64,000 nucleotides of DNA, from NCBI RefSeq assembly GCF_018350175.1, contig NC_058375.1, forward strand, positions 12,462,001 through 12,526,000. Direction: 5' to 3'. Within the stretch, counting starts at the first letter, position 1, and every line of letters begins with the position of its first letter. Made by a program: the position numbers and the translations under genes. This stretch comes from Felis catus (lineage: Eukaryota). The notes below the pieces were generated by a model. It was not told where the DNA came from, did no database searches, and worked only from the letters and a program-made list of their open reading frames with translations. Below, piece after piece: positions 35,408-44,837 of this stretch.

Positions 35408-35548
35408 TCATTATTATCAACCCAGGAGTAATTGCTGATAAGCCGGAGTGTGAGTTGCGTTGCAAATAGAGAGGTTGCAGGGCACTGTTTAATGACAACA
35501 GGGATAATCTTAATTAATGACCTGATAACTATAATTAATTGCATCACA
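35408..35548. promoter_or_regulatory. AT-rich homeodomain/GATA motif cluster upstream of the promoter
   Basis: TAATTAAT twice and three WGATAR sites in non-repeat DNA. Confidence 0.45.
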
Positions 35549-35799
35549 TCCGGAGGCCCTCTCTGGGATTCTGGGAGGGAGCAACTAGTGTTTGGCAGCT
35601 TGGGGGGCTGGAAGGGAGGGGAGGGCTGGGATCTCCGTGCGGCCACTTCCTTGCTCGGCGAGCTTTGGCGGGTTGCGGGTCTGAGCCTCAGTGGTCTCGT
35701 CGGGAAGGTGGGGCTCCAGGGCGGGGCTAGTAGCCAGTTGGGGGGGATGGTCTCAAATTCCCCCCGCCCCAAGCTGCTGGGGTCACCAGAGCCCAGGGG

Positions 35800-36830
35800 G
35801 CCAGGTCACCGAGGGGCGCCGGCTGGGACTGGGCGGGGACCTACCCCCCACCCCCAGCCCCCCCCACCCGCTCCCCAGGGAAGCCCTGGAAAACTCCTGG
35901 AAGCGAGAGAGGAGAAGCCAGCGGCCAGCGTGCGCGCGCGACCTTTCGGAGGGAGACCCCGGGGGAGCGGCACGGCGAGGGGCGGCCTCGGGCGGGACCC
36001 GGCGAGGCGGGAGCGGCCGCCGCGGGCGGAAGGGGCGCGCGGCGAGGCCCCGCCCCCCGCGGGCCTCGGTTTCCCCACCTGCGCCGCGGGCGGCCCGGGC
36101 GGGCGGGGCCGCCCCGCGCCGGGCCCGGCCGCCAGGGGTTAAGCGGTGACTTCAGCCGCGGCGAGCGGGGACCGGGCGGGCGGGGGCGGCGCCGCGTCGC
36201 GCCGTGCGCGGCGGCGGGACCAGGCCGCTCGGAGGCGGCGGGCGCACTCCCGGCCGGGCCGCGACCTCGCGGGCGGCGCGCGCGGCGGCGGCGGCGGCGG
36301 CTGGGGCGCGGGGCTGGGGCCGCCCGGCCCTGGGCGCCCGCGGCCCCCGGGGCAGCTGACGCGCGGAGCGGCCGCCGGCGCTTTGTGAGCGGCGCGGACA
36401 ACAAAGGCGCGGCCGGGCGGCCGGAGCCGGTGAGTGCGGCCCGCGGGGCGGGGGTGGTCGGGCGGACGGGGGACCGGGCGGGGGTCGCGGGCCGCGCACT
36501 GCGCGAGGCGGGCCGGCCGTGTGGCCCCGAGCGGGCGTCCCCGCGGGGCCGAGTGGGGGGGGGGAGGGGGGTCGGTCCCCGTCGCCCGCGATGGCCGGGC
36601 CCGTCCGCGCGTCCCCGCTGGCCGGCGGGGGTCTCTGGGGGCCCCGGCGGCTCCGGGGTCCCGGGCGTGGCTGCGAGTGCGTCCCGCTGTGCCTCGGGGT
36701 GTGCGAGCCCGGAGCCTGGGCCTTCCCCGTGGCCCTGGTGGGAGTGGGTGTCCCCCGCTCCAGGAGCGGCGTCTTCTCTGTCCGTTCGTCCCGGAGCCTG
36801 CGTGGCGCGGCCGTGTCCCTGGGTGTGTGA
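35800..36830. promoter_or_regulatory. CpG island promoter
   Basis: Very high GC and CpG density; GC boxes at 36047-56 and 36101-08; CRE-like TGACTTCA at about 36147. Confidence 0.95.
36150..36429 (+). other. Putative non-coding first exon (5' UTR) of an unidentified gene; TSS approximate
   Basis: Within the CpG island, no ATG, (CGG)6 at 36283-36300, ends at donor CCG|GTGAGT followed by G-rich intron start and (TG)n/(GA)n. Confidence 0.75.
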
Positions 36831-36887
36831 GAGGCCCCGGAGCCTGGGTCTTCTCTCCGTGTGTGGGTCTCTCCTTGTGTCATTTGA

Positions 36888-36902
36888 GTGTGTGTGTGTG
36901 TG
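36888..36902. repeat. (GT)n microsatellite
   Basis: Direct reading. Confidence 0.9.
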
Positions 36903-37019
36903 AGTGTACGTCTTGCGTGTGACTGTGTGTACTCCCTACCCCCCCCCCACCTTCCCAGCCTCTGTGTCCCTTGGGTGTCCCATCCCTCTGCATGACTCCT
37001 GACTGCTCTTTGTGCATCA

Positions 37020-37021
<2 letters not shown>

Positions 37022-37059
<38 letters not shown>

Positions 37060-37062
37060 GAG
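37022..37062. repeat. (GA)n microsatellite
   Basis: Direct reading. Confidence 0.95.
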
Positions 37063-38188
37063 CCTGTGCCTCATTTTCCGGGGGATTCCCAGGGCCTTCA
37101 GCTCCTGCTGCCGCTGGGGTCCACTTCTCCCTGTGCTGCTCTTGGGGGGTCCTGGGGTGGCCGGGAGTCAGGGAATGCTCCTGTCACCTCGGTTGCCGGC
37201 TGGCCTCTCCCACCCTGGACCCCTGCCCAGAGGCGGAACAGGGGCAGCCTCACAAAGGAGGGAGTGTGTGTGGGAGGAGAGGATGCCCTGGTCGGCCGGA
37301 AGGCCATGGCCGAGGGGGAACCTGCTCAGGCCTGGACGCTCCTGGAGGCCGGGGAGTGTGGCCGGGGTGCGCCCTGCTGAGGTGAAGGCTAGCCAGGGGT
37401 GGTCTCCTAGGGGGAGCCCAGGCCTGATGTGGGAGAGTATGGGGTCAGTTCTTCCTCTCTCTACTAGGGTGCCTGGGGGACGGGGGAGTGGTCCTGGGGC
37501 GGGGGTCAGGAATCTTCTTTTAGCCTGATGACCCTGTCTCCAGCCACAGCAGGGAGGGGGTGGGGGGGTGGGCTGTACTCTTCCACTGGCTCTGGAGCTG
37601 AGACATCACCTCAAAGTCCTTGGCCTTCCCGAGGGATTCAGCCGGGCAAAGACATGCCCTGCCTGCCTGGAGCCCCATCTGTTCCCCCACAGATGCTGGG
37701 GGCGGGGTGGGGGGGGGAGAAGACAGGCTGTGCTCCCTCATTAAAATGTTCAGCCCTTTCCCTGCGGCCCTGCCCGAATGGCCATCAGGTGCAGCCTCCA
37801 TCCGTCCTTCCGCCCGGCGCGGCCCCCCCCCCCACGGTGTCCAGGCCTCAGGGACGTGGTCTAGAAAGGAGGGCACAGTCTGGAGATCTCGGGGCTCCCT
37901 GTCACTGTGGGTTGGGGGCTCTCCTCCTTCGTCGAGGTCTCAGGGTGAAGCTCAGAGCCCTCCTCGTGGCTTGTGAGGGCCCCGCTTTGTGCCCCTGTTT
38001 GGTGCTCACTGTGCCCCATCACACTTACCCTCCTGACATCCCCTGTCCCCCTCCTTTTCTGCCAGAGAGCCTTCCACTCACTCTTCTCTCTCTCCCTGCT
38101 AAGTTGGCCCCCATCCTTCACTTCTTTATTCCTCGTTCAGGAGTCTCTTCTTTGGTCAGCCAGGTTGGCCGAAGAATTCTCATTCATG

Positions 38189-38262
38189 GGGTGGGGCATG
38201 ATCTCCGGGTCATGAGTTCAAGCCCTATGTTGGGCATGGAGCCTGCTTTAACAATAAAAGAG
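38189..38262 (+). mobile_element. Truncated short CAN-SINE
   Basis: catgatctccgggtcatgagttcaagccc; degenerate TSD agaattct...catg. Confidence 0.75.
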
Positions 38263-38309
38263 AGAATTCTGGTCCATGATGCTCTTAGGGCCCTCATTCT
38301 GGTGGGGAC

Positions 38310-38430
38310 GGCTTGTTTCTACTCCCCCCCGGGGACGGCAAGCCTTTGAGAGCAGGGACCATGTCCGTCCTTGATCAGCCAGCCTAGAACGGTGCCTGAC
38401 ACACAGTAGGTAGTCTATAAATAGTTGTCA
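38310..38430 (+). mobile_element. L2 3' end
   Basis: tgagagcagggaccatgtc...cctagaacggtgcctgacacacagtagg. Confidence 0.8.
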
Positions 38431-38561
38431 CTTGAGTGGGTCCGGTAACTGATGGTTCGGAAGTTCTGCTATTTCAGGTTTTCACTTTGGAGGAGTCTGG
38501 GGAGGAGGGAAAGCCAGTGAACTCCTCGGGCCCGGGTACCAGGTTAGTGTAAGGGGGACGC

Positions 38562-38595
38562 CTATTGTTAATCAGATTAATTAACATATTTGTTT
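38562..38595. promoter_or_regulatory. Intronic SOX / paired-homeodomain P3 / FOX motif cluster
   Basis: CTATTGTT, TAATCAGATTA, ATTAATTAAC and TATTTGTTT packed into 34 bp. Confidence 0.5.
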
Positions 38596-38849
38596 CTGGT
38601 AAGTGCCAGATAGATGTTGGGCTAGTTCTTCGCCAATGTGATCTCTTAAACCGTGGAAAAGAGCAGAGTGGAAAGAATATAATCTTCTTGGACCAGCTTT
38701 GAAAAAATAAAGTAGGTGAGGTTACATAAATGCATAATATAAGCGTCTCGTATATAAATGTATATGCATATAATTGTGATAATAGCGTATTGTTCTTTCG
38801 CATCCACTATCTCTTTGTTTCTAGACAGCCCTGCTAATTAGGCAGGGAG

Positions 38850-38960
38850 GACGGGTTCACACCCATTTTACAGATGAAGAGGTGAAGCGTAGCATTTAAG
38901 CGACTGCCTAAGGTCACAGTCAGTGAAGGACTGAAGCCTCAGTCTCCTTGATGGCCCAGT
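38850..38960 (-). mobile_element. MIR
   Basis: cccattttacagatgaagagg...cctaaggtcacag. Confidence 0.8.
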
Positions 38961-39214
38961 CCTTGCTTTCTTCTGTGAGCTTGTGGTTGGTGCCTTTGAA
39001 TTCTTGTCACCTGGCTTGACAGTGGTGAAGGAGCCACTGTCCTTACCCTCAAGGGGTCTGAAGTCCAGACACAGGAATCAGAGTTATAAATGGGGGAGCG
39101 GGGTGGGCCCGTGTTCTCTTTCCATCCCGCTGTGCCTCCTGGGCCCCAGCTCAGCTTCTTGGCCTTGCTGCACGGCCTCAAAGCCACCTTCCTTTGGGGT
39201 CCTGCTTCCCAGCA

Positions 39215-39366
39215 CACGGGTGTGCTCCAGCACTCCCCTTCCCAGCTCTCTGTTCGGCGATGTCACCCTAGCTTGAAATTGGCCACAGGGAGAAATCAGC
39301 GTACTGTGAATCAGAGGTCCCCCCGCCCCAAGAGCTAGTTGTTAGACATTTACCAGCACACCACGG
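39215..39366 (+). mobile_element. MER63A-like (hAT-Blackjack)
   Basis: tagcttgaaattggcca...gagctagttgttagacatttaccagcacaccac; TIR-like ends. Confidence 0.8.
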
Positions 39367-40244
39367 GGATCTGGCAGTGAACACCTCGGGCTCTGCCCCT
39401 CCCTGAGGCTTGCACTCTCGTGTGACACTTCCCTAGGGCTGGCTTAGAGTCCTCATGGATTCAAAGTGAAAGGGGCAGGCGCCGGGCTGGGCCCACTGCC
39501 GCGTTAGGGGTCATAAGTCGCCCTCACATGAGCTCTCCGGTCCAGAAAGGAGTTGTTTTATCCCAGTGGGTTGATGGAGGGGGAAATGGGATGAGAAGGA
39601 GCAATTAATCGAGGGCCCGCTTTGCCCTTGATTGAATAACCACTCACGGTGGCCCAGGCATTTGGGAAGCAAAGTGGCGGTGGGGCCTGAGGACTGTGGA
39701 CAAATCAGACAGCTCAGGGCTGAAGATGTGACATCCAGGACACGGGTGGCTAGAGCTGTCTGGGTCTGGCTTAGACAACGGCGGGCGTGACCCATCCCTA
39801 GGGGTTCGGGGACAGCGTGAGAGACAGAGTCAGACTATTGAGTGGACAGGCTGCATGTGGCCCCTGGATAATCTGAGAGCCCCGGGCGGGAAATGGACAC
39901 GCTCACGCTTAACCTGCAGGGGAGTGCAGCAGAATGGGGTGGGGAGAGGAAAAGGGTCCGGATAGAAGGAATAGCAGCTGCAAAGGCTCAGAGGCGCGGG
40001 CTGTTGGGGGATGAGGTGTCAGGTGAACCAGAAGTCTGCAGGGCTTGTGGCAGAGCCGAGGTCTCAAGGCGGAAGGCTCTGCGTCATCTGGGAACCAGCT
40101 CAGATGACGGGCGCTGTGCTCTGTGGGTCACCCCCTCCCCTGCAGAGCTTTAAGGTTTCTGGCACCTTCTTGTCGTCCCCTCACCCTGCTGCTGCTCCAG
40201 CCCGGTTATCTGTGTGGCCGGTGGAGTCTTTAGAAAGATTTTCA

Positions 40245-40462
40245 GGGGCACCTGGGTGGCTCCGTCGGTTGAGCGTCCGACTTCGGCCCAGGTCATGATC
40301 TCGCAGTCCGTGAGTTCGAGCCCCGCGTCAGACTCCGTGCTGACAGCTGGGAGCCTGGAGCCTGCTTCAGTTTCTGTGACTCCCTCTCTCTCTGCTCCTC
40401 CCTTGCTCGCACTGTGTCTCTCTCAAAGCTAAATAAACATTAAAAAAAAAATTAAAAGGAAA
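40245..40462 (+). mobile_element. CAN-SINE (SINEC_Fc), sense to the gene
   Basis: Perfect 13-bp TSD agaaagattttca. Confidence 0.97.
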
Positions 40463-40659
40463 AGAAAGATTTTCATTTTAATATCAGGCCAAACAAAACA
40501 GAACGGAGAAGGTGAGCCTGCGGGGCTCTCCCCACCCCTCGCTAATAGCAGAAAAGCCAAAGATAAAAGTAACTGATATTTAAGTGACCCAGTATTTTTG
40601 GTTGCCTTTGCTACACCTACCCTTTAGATAGGCAGCCGGTTGAGAGCTTATGTGTTTAA

Positions 40660-40850
40660 AGACAAGCCGTGTTTACTTTACGTCGAAACCTGCCCGACAC
40701 TTTTCTTGCATGTTTGTTCAATTCCCATACTGACCCTGCAGGTAGGTGTTACCATCCCACCTTACAGATGAGGAAACAGAGTCTTAGAGAGGTTGTGCGG
40801 CTTTCCCAAGGACGCTGTGTCTGTAAGTGGCAGCATTGGAGCCAGGGAGG
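40660..40850 (-). mobile_element. MIR
   Basis: ttacagatgaggaaacagagtcttagagagg. Confidence 0.8.
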
Positions 40851-42409
40851 CCCTGAGATCCTTCTCCACTCGATTTCCTCCTCTCTTCTGTTTTCTGCTT
40901 CCCTTTGAGGAGGGGAGGGAGAGAACTCACCACGGGTCGGCAATCTCAACACACTCTACTAGTCTTTGTTTGAAGTTACTTGTGTGTTTTTTTAACCCAC
41001 GTAGCTGGGTTCCTCACTTTGTGGCTTGGGGTCAAGGCTGAGAACAGAACCACATGCCCCGATGGGCCCCCTGGGCCTGGTCTCGGGGAGGGGCTAATGA
41101 TAATGGCTTATGTTTACGGAGAGAGCTGGTACTGATAACTCTCGCATCTATGGAGTGGCAGGATGTGGCTCACCGGAGCTGGAGCTTGTTCAGTCCCTGG
41201 CCATCCCGCGAGGTAGCTTGTGTCGTCCTGTCCCTTTTGCTCCCAGTGATGTGGAGGCCCGGGGCCCCGCCTCCCTGAGGGTCAGCACTAGTCAACCTCA
41301 TTCTGCTTGTCCGGAGCCCCAGCTCTCCACCCCAGCGTCCGGGCCTGGCCTGGCCGTGCCTTTGATGTCCCCTGGAAGTGGTACCCACACGCTGCGGGAA
41401 ATAGGGGAGCGGAGCTGACCCCTTGGCCGGAAGCGCGGGTTGTGCCCCCCTCTTCGTTAGAGCCTGGTGCTGAGCTCCCGCCGCCAGGGGATTTATCTCC
41501 CCACCGACCTTTCTGTCGGGAGGGTGGTCTTGACCTAGCCCCTTCCCCCACTTGTTTGCAGGTGCACCCCCAGTCCAGGGCAGGGCGGGTGGTGGGGGTG
41601 GCCCCTACCGGTGACTGTGTGTGGGACCCTAGGCGAGGCGACATTTCTGGCTCTGGCCCCCTCCTCCTCCTGGAGAGCCTGGCCTCTGGGCAGAACCCCC
41701 CTTCCAGCGGCTGCCTGATTGGTATGCGTCCCTGAACTCCGGCCATTAGCACACAAGGCGGGAACCAGCTCCCATTTCTTCCCTGTCTTCATTGTTTGAA
41801 GTGGGCAGACTTGGAAGGAGCTTTAAAAATGCGGCCTTTTTATTCAATTTCCCTAGAAAAACAATGGTCTAAATGAAATGGAAGAATGAAAGTCTCTGGA
41901 TATTGAAGAAAAATAGTCCTGAGCCCAGACATGGCCCAGAACCTTTGAGTTTCTCTTGAAGCACGGGTTTATCTTACTTTAAATTATGCCCATATTGCAT
42001 GACCATTGAAGGAAACTTGGAAACCACGGAGGGAAGGAAATGAAAATCTCCCTTTATTCCATCACCCGAAGACGGCCTCTCTCCACATCGTGGGGCACAT
42101 GGGGCATTTATCTGGGGACTGGTTTGCTCGTTCGGCGGGCCCCTGTTTCTGAAGGGTCAGGCCAGTGTTGGGCGCGGCAGGGGTGTGTGTGGGGGGGGCG
42201 TAGACGGATTTGCTGCTTTGGGCGACCCGCTGGGTCCCTTTTTATTTCAACTTCCTCACTTCCTCATCTGTAAAATGGGGGTAACCTGGCAGCTGAGTCC
42301 CCGGGTGGGAAAGTGCAGGCGGGCTGCTGGGGACAGCGCCCGGTCCCTGAGGAGGTCCCTGAGGAGCTTAGCCGTGCTGGTGGCTGTCACGCTCGAGACC
42401 CGGCAGTAG

Positions 42410-44000
42410 CTTTGCCCTTGAGGGCCTTTCCTGATGGGGAAGAGACAATCCCAAACACATCAAACAAATTGATGAAGTAACTGCGGGTCATGTGATAAGT
42501 CCTGTGAAAGGAACAACCAGATATGATGTGATGGGGGTGAGTGGGGGGGTCAGGTTGGTAGTTGGGGGGGGCGGTGTATGTCCCGGGAAGGGTGGTGCAG
42601 AGTTTGTTAGCTGGAGGTGGTCCAGGGGGGGCCTCTCTGAAGAGAGACATTTAAACGGAGACCTAAATGACAAGAAAGAGCGCCACGCTCCGCCCCCCCC
42701 CCCCCAAAAAAAAACACACTGAGGGGAAAGTATTCTAGGCAGGGGTATAGCAAATGCAAAGGCCCTGAGGCCAGAATGGTCTTGGCCTGTTTAAGCGGCA
42801 GACGGTCTAGAGCCTGCAGCGGGCAAGGGGAAGAGGGCAGTACAGGAAGCGGCTGTGGACAGCAAAACAGATCGAGGCGGGCAGTTAGGACGGTTAATCT
42901 AGATGCAGCTGGAAGCCCTTGGAAGTTTGTTCAGTTCATTTCACATATATACCTTCATCAGTGAAATACAACCCCAAGACTCCAGCTGTCAATAGCTCTG
43001 TTAGGAAATTTACCTTCCCCCAGAGAATTTATTCAAAAATGATTTACTGAGTGCCTGTTACCTGGCGGTACTCGAGTAGGCGCTGTGGGCCGAGGGACAG
43101 TCACAAAGACCCGGAAGGTGAGGCCTCGCCTGCCGGTGGCCCACGGGGCCTGCGTTCCAGCTCTCCGACCCACCGCATCCCACGGGAGCCTTGTAGGCTC
43201 CGCTTTGGGCAGGATGCTCTGGCCGCGCGAGGGTGGTGGGGGGAGGACCAGACGCACCGGCGGGGGCGGGCTGGGCCCGGAGAAAGGGTGTGGGTGGTAC
43301 GCATTTGAATTGGTTTTTTTTTTTTTTAACGTTTATTTTTGAGACCGAGAGAGACAGAGCATGAGTGGGGGGAGGGGCAGAGAGAGAGGGAGACACAGAA
43401 TCTGAAGCAGGCTTCAGGCTCTGAGTTGTCAGCACAGAGCCCGACGCGGGGCTCGAACTCACGGACCGTGAGATCACGACCTGAGCCGAAGTCGGACGCT
43501 TAACCGACTGAGGGTACGCATTTGAATTGTGGCAGCGCAGTTGGACAGCTGGATTCGGGTTATCTGTCAGAGAGACAGCGGCTGGAATCGCTGGTGGATG
43601 GTTCACAGCAGGTGAGGGAAAGAAGAGGAATCCGACGTGTCCTGGAATCTTCTTATGAGTATGTGGGCGGTGTCATGAAGCAAGGTGGTGAAGGGAGGGC
43701 GGGAAGCATGGATTTTCGAGAATCAAGAGTCCGGTCCAGGTCACGTTTCTGTGAAGAGGCTGCTCAGAAGTCCTAGCGGGGAGCCCCCGGGCTGAGGTTC
43801 GGACTGGGGTGCCATTAGCGCGTCATCGGGGGCAGGTGGGACCTTCTGTAAGAGCAGCTTTGGGGGAGTGATGGGGCTGGGGTCCCAAGTGGCATTGGCA
43901 GACGAGACGCCAGCACGTGTGGCTGGCTTTTGAGATGCTGGGTAGGTGAGGGGGGGCCGGGAAAGGCATCTCAGTTGGAGGGAAGAGGGGACCCGGGAGG
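42410..44000 (-). mobile_element. L2 relics (fragmented, with a SINE inserted)
   Basis: gcaaatgcaaaggccctgagg, atttattcaaaaatgatttactgagtgcct and similar motifs; boundaries approximate. Confidence 0.6.
43314..43512 (-). mobile_element. CAN-SINE (SINEC_Fc), missing the first ~15 nt
   Basis: Perfect 17-bp TSD ggtacgcatttgaattg (43296-312 / 43513-29). Confidence 0.97.
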
Positions 44001-44720
44001 AGGAGCTCATTGAGTCCCCCAGCGAGGGCGACACAGGTTCCCGCGTTGCCCTCCCGTCACAGAAGGAGAGAGAGAGACGCCTGCCCGCAAGCCCGGGTCC
44101 ACACCCAGGCCACCCGCGGCTCCCCCTACAACATTCCTATTCCGCAGAGGAGGCCGCCAAAGCGGATCAGTGAATGTGTTTTCACTGGTCTGTCCTTGGC
44201 GTTTCTGACTTCCTGTCCCACGTTTATGGAGCACCTGCTGGGAGCCGGGCACTGGGCTCGTGGGATGAAGTACGGTTCATCCTTTTTCTGGTGGGGAAGG
44301 TGGACAGGTAGCCGATGGGATGATGGGAGAGCGCCCAACCCAGGCGTGGGGGCTCCCAGGGGTTTCCCAGGGCAGAGTCTGAGCCAAGCAGCCAAGAGGC
44401 GGTTCAGGGAGGGGAAAAGGCTTCCGGGTGTGTGCCAAGGCTGGGGATGAGCACATAGTAGGGCCTGTCCCACCAGGGAGGGAGCTCTGGCCGATGCCCC
44501 TAAGTTGCTCTGTACCTCTGTACGTCTCACTAGGCGCTCGCCCTTTATCTTGAGCACTGGAGGGAGCCATTCAAGTGTTTGGGGCGAGGGAGGGCCATGA
44601 CCAGAACGTTTTGTTCTGGGTGGAGCCTGCGTTGGAAGGGACAGGAGACACCAGGGAGACCTTTGGAAGAGATTACAGGCTCTCTGATTCCTAGATCATT
44701 CTGTGAACCCTGCTGCTGCC

Positions 44721-44837
44721 TTTTTTTCTTTTCCCAGAGATTTTGTTTTTAAGTAACTTCGCCCTACGTGGGGCTCGAACTCACGACCCCAAGATCGAGT
44801 GTCACACGCACGGCCGACCGAGCCAGCCAGGAGCCCC
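44721..44837 (-). mobile_element. Short CAN-SINE lacking the CT body
   Basis: ggggctcgaactcacgacccc...ccaggagcccc; TSD accctgctgct. Confidence 0.85.

Noticed and set aside
36150-36429. Assigning a gene symbol
   Set aside because: Many genes have a non-coding CpG-island exon 1 and a long first intron. I do not recognise the sequence, so any name would be a guess.
35432-36922. Overlapping 150-243 aa ORFs on both strands
   Set aside because: Stop-codon depletion in a CpG island; no ATG in the putative exon
37528-38349. 273-aa ORF
   Set aside because: Low-complexity intronic sequence that includes a SINE fragment
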